Shown: positions 39,831 to 54,188, numbered from the stretch's first letter. The stretch: 64,000 bases of DNA from Phoronis australis (GCA_002633005.1 NMRA01000092.1:547219-611218); one strand, 5' to 3'. Made by a program: numbers and translations. The notes: generated by a model not told the origin, from the sequence alone.

Positions 39831-41531
39831 CAACATCTTTGTATGCTGTGTATACCTTGTTGGTTTGATGTGGTAATGATCTGAAACAACGGGCCCGAAT
39901 TTTGAGAACCATTTTTATCCACTGAATAACGGACATGAAACTGGTTCTCAAAATACGGGCACGTTGTATCAGACTATTGCCATTCAATGTTATGGTGACT
40001 CGGGGAATGAAAGGACTGTAGGTACATACAGAACTGATCTATGCTTGGTGCTGGGAAAATTCGATTTGAGTAACAGCCCTGTAGATATGTGAAATATTGT
40101 AAAAAAGGCCAATTTCTATGAATAAGGTTTGTGATATCCTTGAACAAGGAAAAGTCCTATTTGGAAAAATCTTTTGAATTTCTCCAATACCACCTGGTAG
40201 GCCCAACTGCTTTTATCCACATTTCATTTTCACTAGTGGGCTGGTCATCAAAGGAGTGACTATTCACTAGGCCACACTGTGAGTGCAATTACTGTTTCTG
40301 ATTAGATCATAATAGAAGGTTTGAAAGCATCCAGGCTGCACTTTCCATTTTGTTTTTGGAACAAGAAAACTGGCGGAAACCATGAAATCTGAATGCAGGA
40401 GTAAATATTAGACTGTTCGGGTTTTTGAATTTTCAAAATGGGTAGTCAAGTAATAGTAATTTTGTCAAAAAACTATTCATTGGAAACTAGTTCCAAATGG
40501 CTATAATAGCTACTTATACGCTTCACTAACTCGTAATAGAAGCTAGGCCTGACAGAATGTGGGTAAACCCCTTGTGATGATCAGGAATCTGGTAGGGCGT
40601 GTTCCCAACATGTCAAAGTTTGTTCAGGGTGTCTATTAGGAAACTCTCAAAATTGTAAGTGAGTTCTGCCTACTTTATTGGAAACTAGCTTCTGTTAGAT
40701 TGTAGATGACCATGGCATACATGTGTGAGAGGAGTCAGTGCCAACTGTCCATTCCATCTAGGAATTCTGCACATACCCTTGAATTTGGGTTTAATTAAGT
40801 GACTGAAATAGAATCTATAAACATTTAGGTTAATTTCACATACTGGGAAGTCAAAGTTGGTTCTGTTTGCCCATTAAATGTTTAACGGAACAGGGTTTGA
40901 GTCAGTAAAAGGAATTAGGATACACTCTCACCAATTTTAGACAAAAATGATGGCCAAAGTTCCAGGTTTTTCTGTTTTCAAGGGTTCCTAACACTGGTGT
41001 GAATGCCCACAGTGTTTCAAAATATCTGTTATTGGTAGCTCTTGTGCATAACTTCAATATGGCAAAGCACCATTTTGGTATTCTATTATGATTTTTTGTT
41101 TACGTAAAAATAAGATAAAATTTCTCCTGTCGTCATATTGTGTCCTAAATGGTTGAGATTTTATCGTATCATTTGTTACAATCAAATATCAGTGTTGCGC
41201 TCTTTACTTCCTGTTCAATGAATGATTGTCCTTCAAAATATGCAAAATTATAGAGTTTAGCAGCAAAAATGCATTCTCCTAATGTTATGATGACCTGATA
41301 TATAAATTCACATATTGATTTATTTGAACATATGCATAATATTTGCCCATTTACAGTAAGAGACATTTTCAAAATGATAATCAATAAATATGGCCTCAGG
41401 AGCGCGAGTTTTGCCACCTAAGTGTTAAAAGCTCTTTTCCACCCTGTTTAGCTGCCTAAACGCGAAGATGGAATTACCGTAGGCCTTTCACTCTCACGAA
41501 ACCGGTCTGATAATATTCCTTGTCATCATAT

Positions 41532-41950
41532 GTTGCATTTACACAAGAGACAGCTGACACGGAGCAAGTAACTAGGGAGCAGCTGATCGGGTGCAAGTTT
41601 GTGTGTAAACACGGCTGGCACGGAGCAAGTTGACACCGCGAAAGTCATTTTTGACAATGGTTTGATAGGTAGAGCGAGTTACCATCGATCACTTGCTCCA
41701 GTTTCAACTACTCACCTAAACAAAACTGGGGCAGGGCGGAAAGGGGTCATTTTTCAATGTGCTTGCACAACAGCATATATACGGGTGATCCAATGGCGTT
41801 GCACGTGGTTTGGATGTTCTCTATTGTTTTTACGAGCATGCACAGACAGTCTTCGTGTAAGTGACTCGTGCTGGTCCAGTTTACGATCTAATGTTTTGTA
41901 AATGCGACTAAAATGGAGCAAGTCGCGCCGTGACAACTGACACAGTGACA
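41532..41950. mobile_element. Harbinger-like MITE fragment
   Basis: gttgcatttac ... gtaaatgcgac inverted pair and repeated ggagcaagt motifs; right boundary uncertain. Confidence 0.4.
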
Positions 41951-42134
41951 ACTGTCTATTGAGAAAAAGCGGCTATAGGATTTCGTTTCCATTAACATCT
42001 CGAGCAACGAAATGATCAGCGATTCAAGAAAACAGGCCAATCCAAATAAACTCTCGAATCGCTGATGGTTACTTTGTTCTTGTTGGTAATGTAACTGGAA
42101 TCCTATCATAGCAAGGAATATTATAACACTGATT

Positions 42135-42978
42135 TTATGAGTTGAGGCGTAATTTCACATTCACTTTTAGCCAGCTAAATGAGGCTAAATGCTGCTTTAA
42201 AGCATGTAGTAGTCTCACTAGGTGTTGAACCATTTCAGACAAGGATGCTGTTGGCTGAAAAGTTGCACAATCCATGACGAATATCAAAATGTGTCTGAAT
42301 GACTCCAAAACATGTGACACAACATGTTCCAGATGTCAGCGACAAGTTGTGGAGGGGTTGAACATATTCAACTTTGCGCAACTTTTAACTGAATACTTTG
42401 CAGATACAACTTTGCAGCCAATTTGTTGGGCAGCTTTTCACCTGTCAACGTTTAACTACATTTTAAATGATCTTTAATTTACTTTACCTGTTACTGTTTT
42501 GGGAAAATTGGCCTAATTGATGTTTAACAGTTAAAGGTCTCTCAAAACATGACCAGTATATTTTAGATTTCAGTTACTGTTCTGTTGCAGTGATGTTTTT
42601 CTTAAATGTTAAACCAAGCCTTTTTATCATCGCTGTATAAATCACCTTGGAAATGTCATGTCTTTGGAAATGGAACTCATCAACGAAAAGATTGTCACTT
42701 CTGAAATAGAACGGATTAACTCACGGATGACGATGATGTTTCTGTAATGTAAAGTCGTGAAGTTAGACCTGCTTGTTTTAAAAGAAAAGGTAGCAGCTTT
42801 GCTAGTATTCGGTAGTTTCTGACCATGTGTGTTACTGCAACTTGTTTTAAGCCACAATGAACCCGACTTCAGCCAAAAATTGGAATTCTGACTCTTGGGC
42901 ACTTTCAGGATCGTTTGACGTTGCTGACACGGGACAAACTTTGTAAAGTCTGTCAAAATTTTTTTTCCTAATTTGGTC
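42135..42978 (-). pseudogene. Possible decayed KDZ/Zisupton-like transposase, two exon-like segments
   Basis: Manual translation gives DPESAQESEFQFL ... HDF ... NPFYFRSDNLFVDEFHFQRH, then after a GT-AG intron-like gap SAKYSVKSCAKLNMFNPS...EHVVSHVLESFRHILIFVMDCATF. Several stops and at least one frameshift. Motif resemblance recalled from memory only. Confidence 0.35.
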
Positions 42979-43516
42979 CTTGAAAGGAACATTAAAATAT
43001 ATCAAGTTTATGCGTGACTTGTTATCGCCGTACCACGCTTGTAGTAGCCAAACTACTGCAAAAGTAAAGCCTGTCTGGTATTTCAATTCAACCAAAGTTG
43101 AAAGTGAGTAGAAACCAAGTCACCACCTCCGCTGCCTCCAGCACTCATTGAACTGAATTTTCTAATTTCATTTGTAGTTACTTCTTCTTACAGCACTTTT
43201 AAAGCCCATTGCTTAATGAGAGCGCTTTAGTAAGCTATACAAGTTTCTGACAGAGCCCCATCACTTTTTTCTGAAAAAGTACTACGGGTTTCTTGTGGAT
43301 ACAAAATCACTTTGAGAAACGGATATTTCCAAAACAGCCTCCAGGAGTTCACACTAACAACTGAAGATATTTGTAATGGCTAGAAGTTTGTTATTTTTTA
43401 TAACATGCTTGACTAGTCAGGTCAAACCTACTTAGGCGTCTTTAGTGGTCTGTGCCAATAACTTTCAATCACTTCTTCTTTAGCCCAACAGTCACTTGCA
43501 CTAGTTTAAAGTCCTG

Positions 43517-43916
43517 CCCACAACAACTTGCACTAGTGCAACTTGTCCCACTTTTAAGTGGAGTGTCCACACATATCAGGGAAAGTTGGTGGAAGTTCCC
43601 ACTCTGAGTGTGACAATGAACAGCTAATGCGAATACGGGGCGCAAAGGAAGACCTGTCTGTATGCAACTGCAGCTGATCATTACTTTCACCTTGCCCCAG
43701 GTTTGCGGCCACACGGGAATAGAAGTGGCGCAAGTTACCCTAGAACAAGTTTCCCTACCTTTATAAGGTGGAGTAAGTTGTCACAACTGGGGCAAGTTGC
43801 ACTAGTTTAAATAGCGTCCACACAGCCTCCAAGGCTAGCGACAACTCGTTCCAGGAGTAATGTGTTCTAGGGTAGGGTAAGTCTGTGTGCAGTTAAGTGT
43901 CCATGTGCACACAGCT
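43517..43916 (+). mobile_element. MITE family H2, second copy
   Basis: Shares ggaatagaagtggcgcaagttaccct and ataaggtggagtaagttgtcacaa with 35335-35748. Confidence 0.65.
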
Positions 43917-44269
43917 TAAATACAGTACATGGTAAAAGTAATCACTCAAAATACCATCATGAGAGCTAATTCTGTTAACAGTAGAAATGCATGCTAAATA
44001 ACTATTGCAGCAGCATCGTACTCGTACAGAATTGCTGAGCCACCTTGCTGACTACCCTATCAATAACTAAAACAAAAGGTAAAAACAAATAACGCCCAGT
44101 GCTACTGCTTTTCATTTGTTGATATGTCCCAACTTTTATTGCATAACCTGTCTAAACAACACAATGGAACAAATTGACTTTTATATGCCAGGGATTATCA
44201 GTCATCTTAATACCCACAATGAATTATGGAAAACCAAAGTGGAAAATTCCAGAAGGCATATTTTCTGTT

Positions 44270-44812
44270 CAGGGATTAAAGTCTCTGCGGGACCAAAAAA
44301 AACTCAAAACCAGAATTTATCACACCAGGACCTATAATTTATCACCTTAGCACCAAAATTTAACATATCGGGACTGAAAATTTATCACTTTAGGAACGAA
44401 AACTTATCACATCAGGACAAAATTATCACACTAGGATAGAAAATTTATTACGCCTGCACCGAAAAGTTCATGATGGGAGACCACATGACCATCCACTGTC
44501 CCACAATGACCGCTGTGTCTCTAATTCTCACTTTTAATGAATCAAGTCTAATGTGTCCAAAAAGCCAAGTGTACATTGGCCTCTGTTGTAAAGTGTGGAA
44601 GAGACAAATAAAATTCAACCGCATTGTCATGACAATATGACGTGTGGGAAAGGCATTGGGTCACCTGGTCTCCTGGCATGAAGATTTTCTGGCGGTCCTC
44701 TGATGTATTAAATTTTTTGACCTGGTGTGTTAAAATTTGGTCCTGAAGTGTTAAATTTTTGCTCCTGGTGTTATAAATTATAGGTCCTGATTTGGTAATT
44801 TTTCAGTCCTGA
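44270..44812. mobile_element. Foldback/hAT-like element with inverted subterminal ~21-bp tandem arrays
   Basis: cagggatt start; 7-8 units of aaatttatcacaccaggac (44305-44470); ~5 reverse-complement units (44700-44812). Confidence 0.65.
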
Positions 44813-46181
44813 CCTCAATGTTGATCTTGAGTTGTTTTTCTTTTGGTCTTGTAGAGTGAAAGTAATCTTGCACAGCCAAAATATGGCGTGGAATTTTTTC
44901 GGCTTTGGCTTTCCATAATGAATGCAGTGAAACTAACGAGTGGTGGAGCACAGCATGGTTTTCTCATGACTGAGAATGAAAGCAGAATAAACAAGAAAGT
45001 ATGCAAGGTGGCTAAGCCATTCTCTAATTTGAACTTTGCTGTCATAATCAGTCAGTTTGGCTGTCAACAGAATTAGCTGGGGTCATTGTTTTGTCTGATT
45101 TCTTTTGACATGTACTCTAAGAACAAAAGTCCAGAATTCAGCTGTTGTATTGATGTGAATGAAAATGGAGACCACTGAGGAACCTGATACCTGCTGGTGA
45201 CTTCACTATGGTTAATATTTTGAGTTGTGTTTAACAATCTGTATCATAATATCTGGATTTTGTTAACATCAGACAGGGGACAGGCAACATTCAGGCCAAA
45301 AGCATTCAGACAAAATTGGGACTGGCTGAAAGTCCAATACATGGCCAGAGTAGCATAATCTTCATGTCCGAGACAGGTATTCTACTGAAAATTTAGTAAA
45401 GTTGTTAAGCCATTCTGTAATTAGAATATTAGCCCATCATAGTCATTGCCAGTCATTTTTGCTGTTAATTAAATTACGTCGTCATAACGGGGGAATAGGT
45501 GTTTTGTCTCATACTTCCCTCTTGCATTGTGTTAAAGTCAATGCATACAATAGGACTTATTAAGTGAAATTCTATAGCGATGCTTTGGTTTATTGTTTCC
45601 TTGCATCCACCTCAGTGCTCATGTTTCAAGCAAATCGTTATAGCACTTAACATATAATTCTTTTATAGTCATAAATATTAATGGAAGTGTTAGTTTGTTT
45701 GCGTTTACTTCCACTAGAACTCTTCATTGCATGCGAGGAGGTAATTATGATAGGTCAGTGGTAACTGAAAACACACAATACATTGGTTAATGTGAGTTGC
45801 GGCCATGTATAAAAACATTAGATTGGCATTACGTATGAGGATGTGATTTAACTGCGTACTTATTAAGCAGTTCCAGAGCTACCCTGTTATTTATGTGTTG
45901 TCGGTATAATTGATTAAAAAAATTACGCACTCACAATGCAAATGGTTGAGATAACGCCACTATAAATGTTATTCAAGGGAGAAATAATATTTTTGTTTCG
46001 CCACTGTTTTTAAGCAATACACAACATGGAAATATATGATAATCCTGCTATTCAACGCAAGTCAATAGTTACTTTTGGTCATAGGCATTCAGGTGTCTCA
46101 GCTTTCTGTGTTTTCTAAATATCAATTGCTTTTATCCTCTGTGCAGTTAATGTAAAGATTATTAATTAAAAATTTTGATTG

Positions 46182-46302
46182 CTATTATTGTTATTATTAG
46201 TGTTGTTATTATTATTGTTATTATTTTCACTATTATTGTTATTGTTATTATTATTAGTAGTAGTAGTTCTTATAATAGTAGCAGCTACAGTAACAGCAGT
46301 AG
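46182..46302. repeat. Compound (TTA)/(TTG)/(TAG)/(CAG) microsatellite
   Basis: Direct reading. Confidence 0.85.
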
Positions 46303-46328
46303 CTTTTAACCAGTCAGTATTACTACTA

Positions 46329-47733
46329 CCGTATTCGTCCCTATAAGCGCCCCCACGTGTTTTCAGAATTTGCTAAAATAAGTGCCCAGTCCATGAACAC
46401 CGTGAACATGCGAAAAATGCCTTACCTACAGTTCTAAAATTTTACAGTAATGTCTTCAATTTATCAATAAGATCCGACAGTCCTGAAAAAGTCATTTGTA
46501 GACAACGAGCCTCGCCGCTATGTCGGTATTTAGCCTTGACTATACACTCCAAACTTCAGCCGTGCTTCAAAGAGAACGCAAAAGTTTTGCTGATCTTGCG
46601 AGGGACATGTCCTATTATGGTCTGGCCTTTCAGAACAGACGCAGCGTACTATTGTCAAAGGGATTATATTGTATCTTTCCCGTACAGATCTTCTCCCTCA
46701 ACAGGAATCCAAATTTCTTTGTATATGTGAAAACCGAGAATCGCAGACTAATAAAAACTTGACCTCTGTTGAAAGCACGTGGCCAGGAAGCGCGCGGTAC
46801 CTACCTGTCTATCTATGAAACGGGTAGCATAGCATTAGCAAGAAATAAATACTGGCACATATTTCCGAAAGTTTTAAATACCGTAAAAAAATTGCCTTAT
46901 TTTTAGGAGGAATTATTAAATTAATCATAATTGGTGTTTTTTAAAGTCAAAATGACCCTCTGATAATGAACACTTTTGCACCCTTACACCCCCCAAATCT
47001 TCCGAAAAATAACTTTTAGACTGTCACGCATCTAGTCACCTGGCGACTCAATATCCGCCTTACCGAGACAATTCTTGAACGTTTTTTAGCAGATGAGGTC
47101 AACAAGTGCTAAATAAAACACGTGCTTTACCGCTTGTGTTAATTTCTTTAGTTGCACACCTAGATTATTAGATCGCGTTTACTCTGGCAAATGAGCTCTG
47201 ATGACACGCACACGCTCGCTCACTCACACAATACGTAGACGAACTTCAAATCAAACGTCACGTGACAACAATATGTGTGTTCGTCCAGAGATTTTTCTCG
47301 TGTTGCAGTTAACATGCAGTTAATCCCGACTCCATAGGAACTTAAAAATCTTAGGGACGCTATTTTGAAAACTTTAAAGGGGGACTTCAGGTAATTAGTT
47401 GAGTTGAAACTATATTTTTACTCAAGAATTCAAGTTGACCTATTGACAATCGCGAGGTAGTGACGCATTAGTTGGCGAGTTTTCGCACTGGGATTTTCCG
47501 AAAAATGCTCGAAATTTAACAAAAAATTTAATTGCAATGCACTGCAGTTTTGTAGAAACTCTGTGATAGGTTACAGATGCGTCACAGAACGTAAATTTGA
47601 TGAATTTAAAGCTTACGATTTCACCTGTTTTGGAGACCGGGTTTCAACCACTTTTGGGCTATTATAAATAAGCATCCCACTTCCTGAAGCGAATTTTTCT
47701 AAGCGCCTTGGGCGCTTATTAGGGCAAATACGG
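46329..47733 (+). mobile_element. MITE family M1, full copy 2
   Basis: TA|ccgtattcg...gggcaaatacgg|TA; collinear with copy 1 (shared gctaaaataagtgcccagtccatgaa, aaacgtcacgtgacaaca, ggagaccgggtttcaac). Inserted at the edge of a TTA/TAG microsatellite. Confidence 0.88.
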
Positions 47734-49030
47734 TATTATTATAACTGTCAAATTTTGATAACATCACTCAAGTCAAAAGGTAACAGTAAGGGGAAAAACA
47801 ACATAGAAGTCTATGAAAGAAACTAGTGGAAACAATGTAAATATCGTACACATATACATACATGACGTATAATTATGCAAAGTAATAAGAAGTATTGCAA
47901 ACATTGATAAATCACCATCCTGTAGTGCAGTGAAATCTCACCCAATTTAGAACAGAAAATGGCGGATAAGTGAATTTTTATTTTTTTCATTTTTTTTTTT
48001 CGTAAAATATAAGTAGTGCCAAACAAATGCTTTATTATGAAATTCAACACCATTGCTGCTGTCTAGCAATGTTTTGTAAAATGGTAAGCATTCACAACAT
48101 TGTATGACACCTTTGATAAATGAAAAAGGCAAACTTTGCCAGTTATTTTTGTTGAGATTTTAATCTAATGAGAATTGGAATATTAAAACGAATAGTAAAT
48201 TAGTTTAAAAGTGAGGAGGGAACACCTAAAAATACGATACAATCTCACCGGTTTAAAACACAAGATGGCGGACCATTGAAATTTTTATTTCCTCATTTTT
48301 GCTTGATATGTTGCACCAAGTTAAGGCTTTTCCCTCCTCAAGCTCTGAGCAATACGTACCATTGGAAAATATCTTTTAAAAAGTGTGGACATTTACAACA
48401 AAGTTAGAAGTTCTTGAAACATATGTTCTCCTTAAATGTATTATCAGTTTAAAATGTACGACTTCTCAGAATTGTTTACTCCATTCTACCAGTTTGCATA
48501 ATTTACGTATTTTGGTTAATCATTTTTTAATAATTAACTTGAGGTATGCACACATAAAAAGTTTCACTAGAAATAATCTCTTGTTTTTTAAGGTCATTTG
48601 GCATCAAATAATCAATCAGAACTAAATTATTTTACCTGTCTTGCTGTACCTGCAGTTCGTACCTGTATGCCAATTGAAGAGTATAGTTATTAAGCAGAGA
48701 CAACGCAACGATGTTGGTAATATAATTCACAGTTATCAATCAGAATGACACGAAATATGATTCTGTCTCAAACGATTGGTGTGTAAACTTGGTTATCATT
48801 GTCACGATTATACTGCTGTGAGATGGAGGTACTCCTTGTAATAGTACATGTCTACAATAGTGATAGATGTGAACCTACATGCAGTATGTATAAAAATAAT
48901 GAAACAAACGTCTGGTAGGGCCTCCGTATCCCATTTATGGGCTAAGGACAAACTGAATCAGATTAGCTCGAACAACCTGACATGACTTCTCACGGGTCAT
49001 TTTTGGAAAGCATAACTTTGTCCTATTACT

Positions 49031-51244
49031 TTTTTATGCGCCCACATATTTATGTGTGATCACATTATGCCATCATCCCTGTCCATCCTGCTGTCTGGCA
49101 TCTGGCGTCTGCTGCTCTATCTCTAAAACGCTTTGATGCATGTTCATGAAATTTTGCACATATGTTCCTTTTGTGGCTGGGACAGCATGAGCGAACTTTC
49201 GGACAGATCCAACAACTAATGGGCTCCCTAGAGGCAATTTTAGTTTTTTACGTTTATCTCGGTATCTTCAAAGATCCTGTCAATGGATTTTCACAAAATT
49301 TGGCAAATAAGGATCTATCGGGGAAGTGACGCTACCCTCTCGTTTTCAGATGGATTCGAGGTATTTTGCGTCACCTTGTGGCAATTTTTACTGTTTTGCG
49401 AGTTTTTTTGGCGTCCGCCCCTCTATCAACCAAACCACTCTCAGGATGATGGTGAAAAGTGGCATATATGTTCCTACTCTGAAAAGTACAGCTCCAAATG
49501 ATTTTTCAAGGACTTCGAATACTGTGGGGCCTCCTAGTGGCAGTTTTATTTTTTTTTTGTGTCCATAGCTGTATCTTCTAAACCCTCTGTAGGATCTTTA
49601 TTAAATTAGCAAGTATATTTATATGAAGTTGACAACGGACAACGACTTTCAGACTGATCCGATGAAAGCTGTGCCCCGTAATGACAATTTCGTTTTTTCC
49701 GTTATCCTGTTGGTTCTCTGAAGTTCCTTGACGGATCTTTATGAAATTTAGTAATTAGCTTTCTATTAAAGAAACGACTTTTTCTCGATTCTGGATGGAT
49801 CCGACATTTTTTGCGCCATCTAGTGGCCAATTTCACTGTTTTCTAGTCTGTTTTTGGTGTCTGCCCCTCTATCAACCAAACCATGTTAAGGATGAATTTG
49901 AAAATAGCATTTATGTTTCTAATCGGTGAGGACAGCTGATGATGATTTTCGGATGACTCGGACTACTGTGGCGCCTCCTAATGGCAGTTTTGCGTCTATG
50001 GCTGTATCTCCCAAACCCTCTGCAGGATCTTTATTAAATTTGGCATGTGTATTTACATGAAGTTGACTACGGACAATGATGATATTTAGATTGATTAACT
50101 ACCACTGTGCCCCAAATGTTAATTATTTTTTCTAATGTCCTCTATCTTTGAAACTCCTTAAGTTAGCAGATTTTTATGAACTTCAATAATAGGTTTCTAT
50201 TAAAGTCAACAGGTTCCTGTTGGATAGATTCGACTTATAGCATCCCTTTTGCAAATAGACTCCTAGTAAGGAGACGGCGATGCCTTCTCATTCTCGGGTG
50301 GATTTGACGTATTCGGCATCACCTGGTGGCCATTTAGTACGTTTTTGACTTCATCCCATCCATCCACCAAACCGCTTGAAGGATCATTATTAAAATTTTG
50401 AGACGTGTTCCTGTTGAGAAGACCGAGGATAACATTGATTTTTGGACGTGTTACTACTCTGGCACCTCCTAGTGGCAATTTATTTTGTTGCGTCCACATC
50501 TGTATCTCCTTACCCTTTTCAAGATCTTTTTGAAATTTAGCAAAATCGTGTTCCTATGGAGATGGCAACAGTTGACAGGGAGTTTCAGACCAATCCAACT
50601 ACAGGTGTGTTACCTAGTGGCAATTTTATTTTTTACGTTTGCCTCTGTAACTTAAAGCTCCTTGAGGCTTTTACATGAAAATTGGCAAACAAATTTCTAT
50701 TATGAAGACGACTGCACCTTTCCTTTTTGTGATGGATTCAACGTATTCTGCACCAACTAGTGGCCATTTTAATTATTTTTAGTCTGTTTTTTGTTGTTTC
50801 CTTCTGTATTTGCCAAACAGCACAGGATCATTATGAAAATTGGCAGATGTGTTCCTACTGACAAGAGCATGACTGATGTGGGTTTTCAAATGGATCCAAC
50901 TACTGTGGTGCCCCCTAGTGACATTTTTTCGCATCTATGGTTGTATCTCTTAAACCCCATGCAAGATGTTTTTGAAATTTTGAAATTGTACTCCTATTGA
51001 CTTGACAGCAGATGGATAGATTCGACTACCGACGTGGTTCTTAATGGCAGTTTATTTTTTATATTTGCCTTTGTATCTTAAGAATTCTTTAGTGGATTTT
51101 CATGAAATTTAGCAAATAGTTTTGAAATACTGGATGGGTTCAATGTATTCTGAGTCATCTAATAGCTATTTTTATGATACAAATAAACATCCCTAGAATC
51201 ACACAGTTTGTGATGCAGTCGTGGCCACATTTCAATGCTCTTGT
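49031..51244 (+). mobile_element. Helentron-associated non-autonomous element (HINE/DINE-1-like) with internal satellite array
   Basis: Starts tttttatgcgcccacat followed by a short inverted partner and a gtcc/gtct-like tract. Then ~14 diverged ~140-160-bp monomers (ctagtggc motif); ends gtggccacat ttcaatgctcttgt (3' subTIR-like). Both ends match the copy at 57934-59794. Confidence 0.75.
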
Positions 51245-51694
51245 TGTACTGGTGTGTGTTGGTACAAGCATTGAAGTGTTATAAGAAACGTTGAATTTAA
51301 CTGAATTTAGTTTTTGGAAATAACTCGCGTTGAATGTTGTTGAGGTTTTTCATTTTGATGTTTCAACACAAGTGATAGACAAGGGCCTACATATCCCCTG
51401 AAATTAGTTGTTTTGAACATGGTCAGAGGTTTCACATGCATTTCCTGTTTTCCTTGCATCATTCTGCATGTTGTCTCCAGCAGGAATTCATTGGATGGCA
51501 CTGTGCAAATACTAATTGAGTACAGGTACAAGGGGAATAACATCAGATCATAGCTGATGTTTGTTATTTGGGATCAGTATGGAAACAGTCATGACAATGT
51601 GAACCAGGTGGTTGAGCCATGGAGGGAAAATTAAATTCATGTGCCTTTAGAGAGTGGACTTTTAGCCACGGAACCTGTTTGTAAATAACTATTC

Positions 51695-51704
51695 ATTATT
51701 ATTA

Positions 51705-51736
<32 letters not shown>

Positions 51737-51753
51737 TTTGTTATTATTATTAT
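51695..51753. repeat. (TTA)n microsatellite
   Basis: Direct reading. Confidence 0.9.
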
Positions 51754-52944
51754 GAAGTTAATGTCGTGGTTGAAGAAAAGATGTCAAAAGTCTACTAATC
51801 TAGTTTTTACTTGTGTGCCATTTGGAAATGAGAGTTGTCGTCCAAGGCTTCCTTGTGACGGAAGTGGATTAGTGGAATGCGTCGTTTTTGGACTGCGAAT
51901 TCTTGTGAAGGACACGTGATTCAGAAATTCATAGAAAATAATGTACCTGTGAAGGCCATAAGTAACTTCATTGTAACTGTCAAAATTAAAGTAGGAAAAA
52001 ACCTTTGCCTGTTAAAAATTTAGTTGATGCCCCTTGTTGTTTGGTCTGCTCTCTTGTTCCTGACACAGTAAGTAATTATTCCAGCGAAGAACTCCAATAG
52101 CTTCAGGAGATTTTTTTAATCATCTAAGCTAAAATGGTCTATGCTGTTTAGTAAATGTCAGTCAAATTTGTTAAAACCTAGGAAATGTCTGGACTTCAGT
52201 ATAAAAAGATTGAGTTCCGACTCTTGTGCTAACAAGGTGTCAAACTAAGGATTGCCATGCCGAAATATACAAAAGTTGATGATGTGGACACTTTCAAATT
52301 AGGAATCAAAAAGACCACATTGTCCTATAGGATAGCAACTGTTGTGTTATATGTACAATATTTCTTTAGATTTTAGAGTCATAAGATTTTTGATTCAGTG
52401 ATTAGATGTTATTATTTATTGTGATATACCTTAGACTCCTGTAGCTATGTACCACAAACTTCACATTAACAATGTTTATGCTCATGTCAGTACATTCAAA
52501 TGTTCTCAGGAAGAAAAACAGTGTGTTTATTGGGACATTCCTCTGGGATTTATGACATTTAAATTGTATGTCATTGCCATTTACTACACTCTAGTAATTT
52601 TGAAATGCCATCTTTAGAATTCACAGTCAATTCATTGTCAATTTCTTACCAGTCTATCAGATATTCAGGTTACTCAACATGTTTAAAGTTATCAAAACCC
52701 CAGTAACATGTTCAACATGTCAAATCACTAGTCTTAATTTTTCCAACCCAGGCCACACGCAATAGTGGTTTGTTTTCATTTGTTGGAAACAGCACCTGTT
52801 TGTTTTCCCAATCTCAATTTCAGGTGATGCATACCAGCAGTGCATCATCACAAGCTGCGGGGTGCTTTACAGACATCCTTTTGTCATTAGATATGTCCAG
52901 AAAAGCAGATATTCCTGTACCCATTTCCCTAAGAACAATGGTTG

Positions 52945-53285
52945 ATCCAGGGGAATATTCCCATTGAAGAGGAATGCTGGATATGGTGTTCAGAGGGGTG
53001 GACCAACGACCCTACAAAAGGGTGTCTTTTCCAACAAAATTCTCCAGGACAGGGTTCCATTTTTTACGATTCCCTACTAAAGGCTTTACTTTGGGTGTTC
53101 AAAACTGTACCAAAAGGGTTTTTCCTAATAAACATTTTTTCTATTTTAAAATTAACATATTGCATTGGCAACATAGCTTCTCTTCATATAGTGTTTCGAC
53201 CTTTAATGGATTAAAAGACAACTTTCCAAGAATCCGTACAAATGGGTTGGTTCATGGAGTTAACCTCTACCCCCTCCCACCGGCC
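52945..53285. mobile_element. Possible non-autonomous element with G-rich left and C-rich right termini (EnSpm/CACTA-like?)
   Basis: Begins ccagggggaat and ends cccctcccaccgg, with recurring aaaagggt motifs inside; TIR imperfect. Confidence 0.3.
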
Positions 53286-54188
53286 AGGGATTGGGTATGT
53301 GCAACTCATAACCAAAAGATCTGGTAGAACTTTACAACAGTAAGACAAATTTCTCGTGATGGGCATCTGATAAGCACTGCCAATATGGACTGTATGTTAT
53401 CGGTGCTTCCCCCTCCCCCAGGACCAGACATTTAAACAGACCAATGCCACACCTAGGACACCTGGAAAATAGGTACAATAGCATGGACATGATGAAAAAT
53501 CTCGCCTTAGATAATAGTTGAGAGAGGCTGTACGTTTAAGAAAAACACCCACTCTAGTTCACGCTCATTCGATACAATATTCATCATTTTACATACAATG
53601 TTAAAACAGGCAACTTACAAAACTTCGTATCAAATGAGCTTTAGTTAGTTGTATGCCGCACTAACCCACCCTGTGGAGGAACCCCCCCACAAGTCTAATC
53701 ATGTCAGTAATTTTTTGGTATACAATATGATTGTGCAGCATCCGTCATGTGAATCTTCTTTCTGTGATATTTGCACAGTTGCACTTAATTAATACCACAT
53801 CCTGGAAACACGAAGCTGCAACCTAAGCTTCATCTATACACACACATCTCTACGCTAAAAATCCTCCACTTTTGTTCAGTGAAAAATTAATTATTTAGCT
53901 AAAAGTCAGATCCTGTACCAAATTTTAGAAATAGACAATATTGGTCCTGCCAAGTTTTAGAATTACGATCACTGACAAACGATCATCTCTTTGATTACAC
54001 GCATGGAGACCCATGAAAACATTGAGCCAGTCACTATCTTAGGCAAGTTTATAAACTACCAAGTTTATTGGCACACTCAAATGATACAAAACACAGTATC
54101 TGATAGAGAAAATTGTGATGAATGCCAAAATCACCGTGAGTCTCAAACTTCAGAATCAAGAATATTCAATTTTGCCTTGAATTTTAGA

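Noticed and set aside
40540-41420. LINE endonuclease or reverse transcriptase remnant
   Set aside because: Manual translation gave no diagnostic motifs (no GDFN or YADD-like); would need BLASTX.
52824-52940. Plus-strand coding exon after tttcag
   Set aside because: Two frames are open but neither peptide is recognisable, the donor is weak and no partner exons were found.
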